Source: Octopus sinensis (taxonomy: Eukaryota). Taken from it: a stretch of DNA of 64,000 nucleotides. The notes below the pieces were generated by a model. It was given only the letters and a program-made list of their open reading frames with translations, did not search any database and was not told the DNA's origin. The translations under genes were made by a program, and so were the position numbers. Shown here piece after piece: positions 40,851 through 54,644 of the stretch. Numbering within the stretch: the stretch's first letter is position 1; each line of letters begins with the position of its first letter. The stretch covers positions 15,190,001 through 15,254,000 of the forward strand of contig NC_043005.1 of the NCBI RefSeq assembly GCF_006345805.1, given 5' to 3'.

Positions 40851-41331
40851 CAAGGGTCACCAAAGGGGGGTCCGAGGGATCCCATAGGGGTCGGCAAGGA
40901 ATTACAGGGGTCGAATGGGGGTCAGATGAACTGCTTGAAATACTTTGTCAGTGCTATGGAACGTGGGAAAACATGATGTGTTTCTCACATTTTCTAACCA
41001 TGAAAGCAATTTCATAAAAATTGAAAGTTTAATGCTGTATACTCGTACATGTAGTTTTAAATGTAAAAAATGTGTCATCTCCAATAGAATTTCTTAATTT
41101 GTTGTACATGTATATTTTAGCTAACCTTTAAATTGCCAGCATCAGCACCTGGTATGCAATTAAGATATGGTACGGTAGGGTAGGGTATTAAGATATTTTA
41201 AATGAGGAGGGTGGTCGATGTGGAAGGAGAAATGGCTAAAGGGAGGGGTCAATGTGGAAGGAAAAATGGCTAAGGTAGGGGTGTCAATGTGGAAAGAAAA
41301 CTAAATGGTTGAAAAAATTTGGTGATCTCTG
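40851..41331. mobile_element. hAT-type MITE with 8-bp TSD, inserted in a family E repeat
   Basis: caagggtcaccaaa / tttggtgatctctg; perfect TSD cactagac; three internal ~31-bp tandem units at ~41200-41300. Confidence 0.85.
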
Positions 41332-42807
41332 CACTAGACAGACATGATCACAGGTGTTTTACCATAACCATCCCATCTTTTATTTCAAATTTATCATTTT
41401 TAGGTAAAAGATAAAGCTCATTCCCAAGTTGTATAGACTCATAGGATTGGTTTCCCAGTTTCTCTCCACCTGGTTGGGACACTAGTCTGTTGCAGGGTTA
41501 CTCAATTTTGTCAGCTGAGTGGACTGGAGCAATGTAAAATGAAGTGTTTTGCTCAAGAACACGAGTTTCCTGGTCCAGGCATTGGAACCATAATCTTACG
41601 ATTATGGGTCCAACACCTTAACCACTACACCTATATTATATCTAAGATTACAGAAAATGTAGGCTTACAAAGAATAAGTCTTGGGGTCAATTTGTTTGAC
41701 TAAAGGCAATGCTCCAGCATGGCTGCAGTCAAATGACTGAAACGAAAGAATAAAAGAATAAAGGAATACTTGATTTTGTAAAAATTTGAATACACAGCAT
41801 AAAAGTCCATAACTAATTACTGACAAGCATTTTGTCAAAATTTTATCAGTTTTGCTTCCTAACCACTGTTGAGAATTCTTACATTTGGTTGAGACCACAA
41901 ATTTAGAATAGTTGTCTTCAGTTAAATTTTGACTGATACTCAATATTATTAACCCTAGCAGGATGAAAGATAAGAAAGTTCATACAGTTGGAATTTGAAC
42001 TCTCATCATAAAGGGTATAACTAACTGTAAGAGTCTGAATGTCTTATATTGCTTTAAGGTTATTAAGGGTTATTAAGTCAGTCAAGTGCTTCTTGTCTTT
42101 TACTTGTTTCAGTCATTGGACTGCGGCCATGCTGGGGCACCACCTTAAAGAATTCAGTCAAACAAATCGATCCAATTACTATTACTGTATTTCTAAGTTA
42201 TGGGGATGTAATCAAACCAACACCAGTTATCAAGAAGTGTAGGGGACAAACACAAAGACACACACACACACATGCACAGACATATGACAGGCTTCCATGC
42301 TGTTTCTATCTGTCTACCAAGGTTTGCTGAGCCAGCATAGATTTCCTGTCCCAGGGCTGACTTGGGGGTAGCTAAATAACCAATAAGTACAACATATGGA
42401 AGAAATTAGGGAAAGGAATGGGGGAACTAATGAGGTGATATTTCTTGGATGTTGGATTTGATAAAGCACCGAAGGGAATGAATGCTGTATGGTTGTGCTG
42501 ACCTGGCCAACCCAATAGCCTTTGTGGAGCATGGGAAATTAGAAAATAACAACAAATGGGGTTTGCATAATCAAATACAGTGAGTATGATTATGATTGCA
42601 AGAGAAAGAAAGATTAATTTGAACAATGGTGCCTTAGTGTTAATAAAAACGGCATTACTTCCGGGTTCTGGTATTGGTTTTCATTTGTCAAGTAGCATGT
42701 TTCATACACACACTCACACACGTACCTACATATGCATATGTTTTTAAATGTATGTGTGTATGGATATATGTAGGAGTCTGAATATCTGTGTATCTGTATG
42801 TATGTAT

Positions 42808-42845
<38 letters not shown>

Positions 42846-42989
42846 ATAAAGTGTGTGCATGTTTTCCTTAATACTTCTGATTTTGCTCCAGTTCCCATTG
42901 AAATCGTAACACTTCCTCCCATGTATTGTTGTTTGTTTATTCTTAATCAAATCATTTTTTTTTTCTTTTATAGACCTATTTCTTCACAG

Positions 42990-43022
42990 ATACTAATGAT
43001 GAAAAACTTAACAAAAAGACTA
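42990..43022 (+). CDS. candidate 33-nt symmetric exon (DTNDEKLNKKT)
   Basis: T-rich tract, ttcacag acceptor (alternative tag at 42973), GTGAGT donor, open in phase 1-1. Confidence 0.4.
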
Positions 43023-43409
43023 GTGAGTATTTTTTAACGATTTTTTGTTTATTATCTTAGCTGCTTTTTTTGTGCTGTTTTGATTTGTCTATTTTGATTT
43101 CTCTGCTCCCCCATCTCTCAAATTCTTCAGTAAACCAGAAGAATTTTTTGTTAAATTTCCTGTTATGTAAGAAGTTTAAAATCAGAGCAAACCAAGAGGA
43201 AGGAGATCAGTGAAACAAAAAATACACACACACACACATTATTCCATAACTAGAATTATATTGAGACTTCAAAGTTTTGGCCAGCTAAACCATCAACAGA
43301 TTTAAAATAAACATTTATATACATTATATATATATATATATATATAATATATATATCATCATTGTCATCTAATATCCGTTTTCCATGCTGATGTGGATTG
43401 GACATATAT

Positions 43410-43597
43410 GTATGTATGGCACGTAAAAAGCACCTACTACATTCTCGGAGTGGTTGGTGTTACGAAGGACATCCAGCTGTAGAAACCTTGCCAGAACAGA
43501 TTGGAGCCTGGTGCAGCCTCCCAGCTTGTCAGTCCTTAACCAAACCATCCAACCCATGCCAGCATGAAAAGCAGACATTAAAAGATGATGATGATGT
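43410..43597 (+). mobile_element. family C retroposon 3' part
   Basis: ggcacgtaaaaagcacc..gaaggacatccagctgtagaaac..aaagatgatgatgatg. Confidence 0.8.
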
Positions 43598-43637
43598 ATG
43601 TATACATGCACACATATACAGAATATTATATATGAGT

Positions 43638-43678
<41 letters not shown>

Positions 43679-43689
43679 TTGATAGATAG

Positions 43690-43731
<42 letters not shown>

Positions 43732-43789
43732 ATATATATAATATAGATATATATATATATATGTATATATGTATTTATGAGGATAAAGA

Positions 43790-44082
43790 ACTCTTTTGGT
43801 CATGAATGACCATGGGATTGAACTTAGAAAGTTCCCCTCCAAGGTACAAGTCTGGGCAAAATTGTTTATGGAAGACCAGCATCCCCATTGATGTTATTTA
43901 AAGGAAAGGCAACTGCCGATACAGCTTGGGACCAGTGATGTCACAACTCCTTTCTACTGCTGAGTGAAGTGGAGCAACATGAAATAATGTGTCTTGCCCA
44001 AGAGCACGACCACAGCCCAGTCCAGGAATCAAACTCATTACCTCATGATTGTGAGTCTAATGCTCTAACCACTGAACCACAC
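43790..44082 (-). mobile_element. SINE family F (tRNA head plus cttgggcaagacac segment)
   Basis: Minus strand gtggttagagc..gagtttgattcc..cttgggcaagacac; relatives at ~41435-41630, ~51790-51950 and ~58590-58740 (all minus). Confidence 0.7.
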
Positions 44083-44569
44083 ATATATAATCTTCAAGCC
44101 CATGTACACATGCATGTAGACATGTATAGAAACAAAATATAGGATCATTTTTGTGTTAGGGTGAAGGAGAGGTAAAATGTTGCAGTGAAAAGGTGGTGAA
44201 GTGGTTTGTATGTGCAGTGAGTATTTGCAGCACATATTACACAATATATAATATTAAATACAATTATTGTGGTATTTCAATGAATTGACAACAGAAGTCC
44301 CTAACATTTAACAATTCCCAATGAAATCAAATGACTCTAAGTAATCTAACTTGTTAAAAATTTTTTTTGAAATCACACTTGTTGATTTTATACATATTTC
44401 TGTTTAGTTTATTTATTTAGCTTTCTTCTTAAAATTTTATTTCTTATTTTTACAAGATTTAATTCCACTTATCCTTACCACTCCCAGACTAAAAGACAGA
44501 TTTGCTGAAATAATGGTTTTCTAATGTTACAACAGATTCAAGTTTAGTTTATAGGTCTGACACAGAATT

Positions 44570-44572
44570 GCT

Positions 44573-44626
<54 letters not shown>

Positions 44627-44710
44627 TTCCTTCCTCCTTCCTTCCTTACTTCCTTCATCCTTCCTTCCTTCCTTCCTTACTTTCCTTCTTTCTTTCTTCC
44701 TTCCTTCTTT
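44570..44710. repeat. (TTTC)n/(TTCC)n microsatellite
   Basis: Directly visible. Confidence 0.9.
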
Positions 44711-44865
44711 TATTATTAAAAAAAAAATGTTTATGTTTTCCCAAAGTATTATTTTCCTCATTACATATAAATCCGTGAAATTCTTACCTAATCAAAAATT
44801 TTTTTGCTTATATATAGGCACACACACACACAACGGCACCACACCAACACACCACACACCACCAC

Positions 44866-44911
<46 letters not shown>

Positions 44912-45020
44912 CACAGACATATATATATATATTATATATATATATATAATATATATATATACACAGACATATATATATATATAATATATATAGATATATA
45001 TATATATATATATATACACA

Positions 45021-45106
<86 letters not shown>

Positions 45107-45153
45107 CATATATATATATACATACATACACACACACATATATATATACAGAC

Positions 45154-45184
<31 letters not shown>

Positions 45185-45257
45185 CATATATATATATATA
45201 CATACACACACATATATAATATATATTATATATATTATATTATATATATATATATAT

Positions 45258-45291
<34 letters not shown>

Positions 45292-45380
45292 ATATATATA
45301 TTATATTATATATATATTATATATATATAATATATATATATATATATAATATATATATATACACATATATATACATACAC
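44866..45380. repeat. compound (TA)n satellite punctuated by CAGACA
   Basis: About 7 CAGACA interruptions in ~500 bp of TA repeat. Confidence 0.9.
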
Positions 45381-45454
45381 ACTCATACACATAGCTTGAA
45401 GTTTTATATCTACTTTATTATTATTATAAACATCATCATTATTATTATTATTTC

Positions 45455-45890
45455 TAGCACAGTGGATTAGCAGAAACATTAGTGCTGGGGAAAGTGCTTT
45501 GCAGTATGGAGTTGTGACTTTGTTCTGATTTCAAATCCTGCAGTGATCAAGCTTTGCCTTTCACCCTCTTCAGGCTGATAAAATAAACTTCAGTCAAATG
45601 CTGGGGGTGGTGATTTATTCAACTAACCTTTCCCATGACTATTTCTTCTCTTGCTGAACTGGCTACATCAATAGGGACAAGAAAATCCCCTGCACATCAC
45701 AACCCTACCAACCCTTTCAGCACTACTCAGTTGATTTACTAGGGATAAAAAGGGTAATTGACTGATCAAACTCCATCCCTGAAAATATAGAATGAGTGGT
45801 ATAATCAACTTGGGCAAGATTTGAACTCAAACAAAGATATATAACTCAATGCTGTAAGGGACTTTGACCATCACCCTACCATTTCTGAAA
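45455..45890. mobile_element. two diverged family A copies in opposite orientation (+ ~45455-45630, - ~45740-45890)
   Basis: tttgcctttcaccctcttcagg on +; gggcaagatttgaactcaa on the inverted copy. Confidence 0.55.
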
Positions 45891-46080
45891 GCAACAAATT
45901 GTGGAATGAGTGTAGTCAATTGAACTGACTTCCCCACCCATTAGCACTTATTTAATTTCCATTAAGGAGAAATAAATGATAAAGCCAATTTTCCTGGTCT
46001 ATGATCAAAACGTGCGCATTCTGTTGGTCTTTTGGTTCAAATTGTTAAACTCTTTTGTCCATAATGAACAAACCATCATG

Positions 46081-46145
<65 letters not shown>

Positions 46146-46221
46146 ATATATATATATGTATACAGACATATATTACACAACATATATATATATACTTATA
46201 TATACATATATGTATATATGC

Positions 46222-46286
<65 letters not shown>

Positions 46287-47189
46287 TACACACTCATATG
46301 CATAGCTTGATGTTACACTTTTATATTTACTTTATTTTTGTTCTAGATAATCATATGATCAATACCAATTGCTCAGCGCTTCATAATCGGTAAGCTGTTT
46401 TTCCTTTTTAAAAGTTCCTTTTCCTGTCATCAAAAATGTCCTTTTTGCTATGAAGATAAATGTATCCATTTCAGTACTGTTGTGGAAGTCTCACCATTAT
46501 TACTGGGTCCCAACATTCTGTAGAGGTATTGGAGAAGTAAAATGTTACTAGTCTAAGATTAATTCTTATCATGTCTTGGGACTTTATTGTCTAACATCTC
46601 CTCTCCTTTTTTAAGTTGTGATTTTAAGATTTGGATGCTTTTTCTAGCAAGTCAAGTAACTGTGTTGTTATAATAAATTGTACCAACACTAGTATATTAC
46701 TGGTTCATATTTTGTAAAGTGTCTCTTAATATATTGGTCTTAATATTTTGCTTTGTCCGCATATAGTGTTGACAGTAACCATCTCTCTTTCCAAGCTATA
46801 CTGATAAGAAAATGATATTTCCCACAAACATGAATGTTTCTAAAGAATAAACTTAACTTGAAATATAAGATAGGACCTATAAACATTAAAAATCTTGATG
46901 GTAAAATATAATTTCCTGTTGTTTGCAACCTTTTGTAGTTTTGAGGATAAGCTGCAACAACTTAGCAATAAGCTTCAACTTTTAGCAGTTTTAGCAATAA
47001 ACTGCAACTACTAGCAGTCTTGGCCATTAAGTTATAACTTCTATCTGTCCTCGTAGTAAGCTGCAACAACTAGCAGTTCTGTCTGTAAACTACAAATTCT
47101 AAGAAATAAATTGGATGTTGCAAGATATCCAGAAATTTAGCATAAAAGCAAGCAAACAAGAAAATTATTAAAAAAAAAAATTCACTTAA

Positions 47190-47590
47190 CTAAACCGGAT
47201 ACACGCCTCTAGATATATCCCTTGACAAAATGTATGGAAAGGCCTTGTGTAATTGGAGTGTATCTATAAAGTTTCTACATATGCACTGGAGTATTGCCTC
47301 CAGTAAAAACAAAACACCCTGGTACAAGCAGTTGGAAAAACATGACAACCAAAAACGCTGAATTCAATACAGAAAGAAGCATGGAAATATTTAGCAAAAC
47401 TAAGTAATATAAATACCCATTCTTCAGGAACCGCAAACATAGGATTAAATACACACATGCAAATGTACAGATATAACAATAAAAATAAAATAACCTAAGA
47501 AAGGAGCAAAACACTAAAACAACCAGGATAACAAACACACCATGGGAATTAATTAAGACCGTTCTATGGACAATTCCTAAAACAACTGAA
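47190..47590 (+). pseudogene. possible heavily decayed RLE-type LINE 3' fragment
   Basis: A-rich; fragments such as KEAWKYLAKLSNIN..GTANI loosely resemble the same C-terminal region. Confidence 0.3.
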
Positions 47591-49084
47591 TAAACCTGAT
47601 TGCAGCAGAGTGGCCTACATCTGGCTCTGTGGTTATTAATTGAATAGGGAACTTCTATGTGGTTGTTCAACCTGCTAGAAATATCAGCTTAACTCTCCTC
47701 CGACTGCACCCTATCATCTTGTTAAAGAAAACATCGGTTAGTGTTGTCCAAGATACACTATACTTGAAATTAAGTTGGGCTGGTCATGGCTGGAATTTCT
47801 TCCATCACAGATATGCTTGATCAGCACTGACTTGGTGCTAAACACTCTAAACAATAGCAACAGCATCTTAAGGAGGAATGATCCAATAATAAGACAGTTT
47901 TTTTTTATGAGATTGTTCAGCTGCTAGAAATAATAATGGCCAAATCTCCCTACCATCTTAAAGCAGGAAGGAAACATTGGATTAATGTAGTTCTACATAC
48001 TATCATCATCATTATATTCACAATCATTATCATCATCATAATCATTCTTCTTCATCATCATCACCACTACCACCACCACAACCACCACCATCATCATCAT
48101 CATCATCATCATGTCTGAATAAAGGATGGAATGATTGCACTGGGATAGTGTATCATAGTTTTGCTGGAACAGAGCTGACCTGGGGCTAAAGAAATCCTGT
48201 TAATTACTGCTTAAGACCAGTGACTCGTGACTAGAAATATATGCTGGAATAAAAATATCAATGTGTGATCAGTTTGATGAGCTTATCTGGCCATGTCCCT
48301 GTTTGACACTCTGCATTGGCCATTTTCTAATATCAAAAGATATGACAAGATTGTTGCTGCCTACCTTCCTTGGAATATATGGATGTATGGATGCATTCAT
48401 GCATGCATGCATTTTGTTCAGCCTATTAGAAATGCATGCATGCATGCAGGAAAATGGTACAAGCATATGGGAGCAGTTATGGCCATGTGGTTAGGAAGTC
48501 CATTTCATAATCATATACTTCAGCATATATTTTGATCTCAGGCTGAGAGTTCCTTATGAATGGAATTGATAGATAAAACCTGTAATGTGACAACTGTGTG
48601 TGTGTGTGTATGTGCACATGCGTGCATGTATGTGTGTGTATTTTCTTCTTGTCTTCACAACCATGGTGCATTGCATAAAAACAAGTTCACCATCTATACA
48701 GATAGTTCTGTTGTTTACAAATGACCATGAAAATGTGTCTGGCTGTTGTTTGAAAGACTTCGGAAAATATTATCTTAGTTTGAAGCAGGTGAAAACTAGT
48801 GATAGGAACAGTGTTCATTGGCCCAGGGCTATAGTAAAATGCCCATGGTCCTGTATGGTGGAACTGAACCCACAAACCTTGTGGTTGTTTAGCCTTATAG
48901 ATACAAACCTACTTAGCTTTATAGCATTGCATGGATAAGGTAGAATTTGTGCAATGTAAAAAAGGCAAATTGGTGATAAATCATGTATTTTTAATTATAA
49001 TATTCATAGATATATGTCTATTGATGTATGTATGTATGTATTATCTATGTATCTATGTATCTATCTATCTGTATGTCTAACTAT

Positions 49085-49134
<50 letters not shown>

Positions 49135-49184
49135 ATCTATCAACTATGTATATCTCTATGTAATGCATAGCTACATAAACGTGT

Positions 49185-49420
49185 GTGTTTGTGTATACTC
49201 TTGTCTTGGCATCATCTGATGATTGTAAATGAGTGTCACCCTCATACAAGGGGTGTTGTTCATTTCCAGTCTTCCAGGAAAAACATGTCTGGCTATGATG
49301 AAATATTCCCTTGCCTGGAAACAGGTCAGGGTTGGTAACAAGAAGGGCATCTGGCTGTAGAAAATCTACCTCAACCACCTCTGCCTGACCCATGCTATCA
49401 GGGATGGATGTGAAGCAGTG
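49185..49420 (+). mobile_element. family D (C-related tail variant)
   Basis: aagaagggcatctggctgtagaaaatctacctcaac..ctgacccatgcta; a minus-strand relative lies at ~25185-25290. Confidence 0.6.
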
Positions 49421-49439
49421 CTGCTGCTGATACCTTGAT

Positions 49440-49671
49440 TTGTTTCTATCATTAGACTGTGGCCATGCTGGGGCACTGCCTTGAAGAATTTTCAGTTGAA
49501 TAAATTGACTTGGGTACTTACTTTTTTTTTTTAAGCCAGGAACATATTTTATTGATCTCTTTTGCTGAACTTCTAGATTGTGAGGGCCATAAACACATCA
49601 ACAATGGTTGCCAAGAGGTGCAGGTGGGGGGGAGGGACAAACACACACACACTCTCACACATGCACACACA

Positions 49672-49744
<73 letters not shown>

Positions 49745-49960
49745 TCTCTCTCTCTCTCTCTCTCACGCACACACAAACACACACACACTCTCTCTCTCAC
49801 ACACACACACTGAGCTTCTTTCAATTTTTGTCTCTGAAATCTGTTCACAAGGTTTTGGTTGACACAAGGCTATAATAGAAAACATTTGCCCGAGGAGTTA
49901 CACAGTGGGACTGAACCCAAAACCCTGTAGTGGGGAAGGCAAACTTCTTACCCCTGCCAC
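49440..49960 (-). mobile_element. SINE family B with expanded (CA)/(CT) compound microsatellite
   Basis: B tail at 49440, B head at 49810-49960, about 170 bp of CA/CT repeat between them. Confidence 0.75.
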
Positions 49961-49963
49961 ATG

Positions 49964-50000
<37 letters not shown>

Positions 50001-50397
50001 GTAGCAAATACATATGTGCAGTTCCCATGCTAGGTACTAGACTTTATACACTATACTATATGCTATGCTATATTCTGATATTGTCGTCATCATCATTATT
50101 GTAAACCCGTACTGTACTATAAAGTGTGTGAAAAAAACCTTGTTTCTGTATCATTGGTTACTTTGGTGATATTTCTTAAGACTGAGAATTCTTTCAATTA
50201 AATGAAAAAACAAATGCAAAACAAAAATTAAAAAAAATATAAATAAAGTGAAAAACATTTCTTCTCATTTAATCAATTCAGCCTCTCTTTACATTTAGCT
50301 CTAACTGTTGCTACTATAACTGCTGCTCTTACTCTTTGTTTCTTTCTATCTTCTCTTTCACTCTTCTTCTTCTTTTCATTCTCCCTCATTTCTTAAG

Positions 50398-50460
50398 GAG
50401 GCAGAGAAGCTAGCAGCAGAAGAAGAAGGCTTAAAACCTATAATGAAGTTTATACTATAG
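50398..50460 (+). CDS. candidate terminal coding exon EAEKLAAEEEGLKPIMKFIL*
   Basis: Follows a ~100-nt AG-free pyrimidine tract. The first AG is an uncommon AAG; an alternative CAG at 50404 keeps the same reading in phase 1. Protein not recognised. Confidence 0.35.
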   Translation, partial: EAEKLAAEEEGLKPIMKFIL

Positions 50461-50618
50461 CATTAGAGAGACCGTGGGAAAATGATATAGTAGAAATTCC
50501 CAGATATTTTTTTCTTTTACCCTTTTTGTTCATCTTCTTTCTTCATCTATTTAAATGTATTAGTTTTGAAGGAGCTGGCAAAGGGATCTATTCTGGATGT
50601 GTTGTTTGTATGATGAAC

Positions 50619-50684
<66 letters not shown>

Positions 50685-50808
50685 CTTTAATGAGTGAAAT
50701 TGTGAAAAGAAAACAGGAAAAATATTTTTCTCAAAAGTCTTGTTATTACAAAAATATATTGGCAATTATCTATCTATCTTTATCTGTCAATCATGTGTGT
50801 GTATGCGC

Positions 50809-50840
<32 letters not shown>

Positions 50841-52515
50841 TCTGAGTCAGTTTTCCTTTATTAAAATGTTATAAAAATAAATATTTTATAAATATATTTT
50901 TATCATTTAATTATGGAAAAAATTGAAAATTATTAAAAAATTTTTAACAAAAATATTAAAATAAAATTGAGAATTTGTGTGTGTTTTGAGAGAGATGAAA
51001 GAGTGGGTAACACACACACGCACACATATGACAGTGACTTTTGGTTTTTAATTCTTATTCTTTAAAGTCAAGGCTAAATATTTTTGGATAATTTTCAATA
51101 ATTTCAATACTAAATCCCCTATAAATTCTCAAGAAATTGAGAATAATTGAGCTTAAAGAGAAAAATTATGAGTATTTGATAGTTTGACAGTATCTCATTT
51201 GTAGTACCTTCCTGTTCTTAGTTCAAATCTTACCAGGTATTCCAGAACTGGTTGAGTGAATGAAGACGATAACATACTGGACTAAACTAATTAATATAAG
51301 CCAACAAAAAAGCCTCCAAATTGTCTCTTGACCTCTTAGAAGAAGTTACAACAAATTACAAAAAAGAAAGATACCTTAGACTGTGCAACCATAGATATAC
51401 ACAAAAAGACAGATGGTCATGTTTGGAATGTCTTTGATCAGAGGTCTGCTTAATTAAGCTTGAATTTAGCCAACACTAATCAGTAAAATAATAATTTAGT
51501 TTTGAGCTAAAATAAAGTCTTGGTCAACTTCACCTTTGACCTTTACTTTAAGGTTATTAAAAATACCTGTATTATACTGACACTTGCACACATATGTACA
51601 CATATGCATACATACACACACACACACACAGAAACACTTAAAAAAATGCTTAGCAAATATGACCTGGTAGATTGCACCATACTTTTGTTAATTGTGTTAA
51701 GTACCTGTATAGTCATTAACATAGAAGACACCCTCTTGGCACTCTCTTACTTGGCCCAACATGGCATCAAGAACAGAAAGAGGGCTTCACCAGGTTAGTG
51801 CTGGTACTCATTTTCAAGCTAAATAGTTTGGTGCAACAAGAAATGATGTACTGTAGTGAAGGACACAATATGTTGTCTGACCGAGGAATCAAATCCCCAG
51901 TCACGTAATTGTGAGCCCAGCACACTAGCTACTTGGCATCATGCTTTCACTGCACATGCATGCACATAATCCCCTACACACAAAAAGAAAATTTGTCTAT
52001 ACCCAGTAAAAAACCCTGAAAAATATCTCTAGTATCATCAAGAATCACAATGTAAAAATATTGCAATTAATTGTAGTGCAAAAGGATTCATTCATAGTTT
52101 TGCCTCCTGTAAAGCAAATGCCTACAGAAAAGCCTTGTATACTGACAAGTAATGTCTTCATCAGAAATATATCAATTACATAGGGATTAATGAGTGTTCA
52201 CTACATCAGTTCATACCATCACTGGAAACTAAAAAACATCACATTGCTTTCAGAGCACAAGAAGTGAAAAAGAGACTACCATTAACTTGAGAACTGTGTT
52301 AGATTAGGCACAACTATTTAAGAACAGATCAAAATAGTAGTGTACCTTTTGTTTCAAAAGAACTCTGTATTATCTGCCACCCTGCACAAACTTATGTAAA
52401 ACTAGCAAACTCATTTTGACTTGCTTGTGGCATATGCCTAAATTTTTCCTTGCAAATTTCAAAGGGATCACCTCCCCCAATGCATGACATTTCTACAACA
52501 CTTATGTCACTTTAA

Positions 52516-52719
52516 CCCAGCTGAAACCAGCTCTGGCTCTGAGTACAAATGTCTTGTTTTATAAGTTTGGAATTAAAATCTTCCACCAAACCTTAGTCGC
52601 AATTTATGTTCCTAACACTAGCTTAATGATAACTAAGTTATTTTACTAAATTCTTTGTTATATTTAAAGTAATTGAAAGAAACACAGAGCATCTCAATGG
52701 AAATACAGCAACGAAAGGG
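52516..52719. mobile_element. piggyBac-type MITE, same family as 13715, inverted
   Basis: Flanked by TTAA; reverse complement of 13715-13931 with a short deletion near one end. Confidence 0.85.
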
Positions 52720-52829
52720 TTAAGTCATTGTATTACTTTACAAAATGCTAATGTGTTGAAGCTGATGGAATGAAACTAGGATCAGGGTTGCATGTAGACC
52801 TTGCTTATATCACATGAGCAAACGCACAC

Positions 52830-53120
52830 GTGCGACACCTTGGGCAAGTGACTGCTACTATAGCATCAGGTTGACCAGTGCTTTGTCAGTGAATTTGGCA
52901 GATGGAAACTGAGTGGAAGCCCATATGTGTATGTGTGATGTTTTTTGGTTTGTGTTTGTCCTTCACCCTCACCACTTGACAACTATTGTTGGTTTGTTTA
53001 CATCCATTTAACTTAATGGTTTTTGTAGAAGAAACCAATAGAATACATACTGTTTGGATTAAACCCTTCAAGATGATACTGTAGTATGGCCACTGGCCAA
53101 TGACTGAAAGAAGTAGAAGA
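52830..53120 (+). mobile_element. SINE family B, diverged
   Basis: caccttgggcaagtg..atggccactggccaatgactgaaagaag. Confidence 0.7.
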
Positions 53121-53729
53121 TAAGGTGTGTGTGTGTGTGTGTTGTGTGTGTGCATGCTTGTTTGTTTACATAGATAAATAGATAGGCTGACTTATTACTC
53201 AGTGTATCATCTGATAGCTGCTTTTTATTGCTCAATATAGATATCGAGCCTCATCTGTATTTCTTTAAGTCAGCCAAGCTGGCTGTAGATGTTTATGAAT
53301 CTTTCATCAAATATCTTATCATTGCTGATAGGGGAGGATTTCAAACATTTAAAGAGGCAGCCATGTTTACCTAAGGTCAAGATTTTCTAAGTCAACAACA
53401 TTCAAGGACACTCACCTAAAATGTGCAAAAAAAGAAGCAGGAAAAAAAAGTACAGACACATACACACTCATATGCATATCAGCTGTGGGTGGTGAAAAAT
53501 AAAGACATTATTTTTTACAGAATCAAATCACTTAATCTGACTAAAATACTTTAAAAAGTCATGGGAAAATAATTTTATTAATTTCTGTTTGATTATCTGA
53601 CTTCTATTTTCTCTCTAAGCTGACAGAAGTCTGGAAACTTTTCGTTTCTTTTTCTGTCGGTTTATTTGTCCTTTTTTTTTCTCTTTTGGTACCCTTCATT
53701 TTTATGCACTATATTGGGTTGGTTAATGT

Positions 53730-54120
53730 ATCATTATCATCGTCATCATCATCATCATTTAACATCCGTTGTCAATGCTGGCATGGATTGGACGGTTTGA
53801 CCAGGGCTGGTAAGCTGGAAAGCTGCACCAGACTCCAGTCTGATTTGGCATGGTTTTCTACAGCTTGATGCCCTTCCTAACGCCAACCACTCTGGAAGTG
53901 TAATTCCACTGGTACTGGTGCCATCTGCCATGACTGCAATTTTGCTCAGCTTGATGGGTCATCTTCTCATGTATAACATAATGCTAAAGGTCTCAGTCAT
54001 TACCCCCATGAGGCCCAACACTTGAAAGGAACTCAGCCACTTTGCCTCCATGAGGCCCAAAGCTCAAAAGATGCTCTTTATGTACAGGTGTCAGTTATAT
54101 GACCTCAGCATCAGCCATGA
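53730..54120 (-). mobile_element. family C retroposon, diverged
   Basis: (CAT)n tail, gatgcccttcctaacgccaaccact, and an internal duplicated ccatgaggccca. Confidence 0.7.
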
Positions 54121-54644
54121 TTATGATTTATATATATGGACTTGTCTCCATCATCATAATCATCATCAATATCTTATTATTTTATGTTTGCTTTCTATGC
54201 TGTCATGGGTTGGATAAGTCATTTTGGTCATGTCCTCTTAAAAATGTGGGGTGACCACATTGTCACTCCTACTCTTCATTCCTTCAATTTGAGGACATTT
54301 TCTTCCCATGCTCTCACTAGTTACAAAGCCAGTTGAAAAGAGCCATGGAAACCAAAAAAATAAAAAAGAATAGAAAAGAAAACAATAGTAAAAAAAACCC
54401 TTCTAGAGCTACTTAGCTCCTGTATCACTTTATGAACACCTGTGTTTTATTTTGTTTGAGCTTTAAATTTTTTCTTATCAAAATACTTCACCAACAACTC
54501 ATCCATGGGTAATAGTATAATCTAGGTTAATCTTTGTTTTTTAATTTTTATTTTTTTTTGTAATTATTATTTTAATTTGTCCTTGTAATGTCTCCCATCC
54601 TATTGCCTTAATAACAGTAAAAGAAATCGTTATTATTTTTCTTC

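Noticed and set aside
44457-44524. Terminal exon xLIPLILTTPRLKDRFAEIMVF*
   Set aside because: AAG acceptor and no independent support; expected by chance in T-rich DNA.
44568-46393. ORF-track proteins rich in YI/HT/VC/LS repeats (here and at 19.5, 31.5, 36.8, 39.4, 49.5 and 62 kb)
   Set aside because: They are translations of dinucleotide microsatellites, which lack stop codons in most frames.
47275-47670. 131-aa hydrophobic minus-strand ORF as a membrane protein or GPCR
   Set aside because: It is the T-rich antisense of an A-rich tract, with no recognisable family motif; the opposite strand looks more like a LINE relic.
47936-48118. Poly-His/Ile ORF
   Set aside because: (CAT)/(CAC) trinucleotide repeat following a family E fragment.
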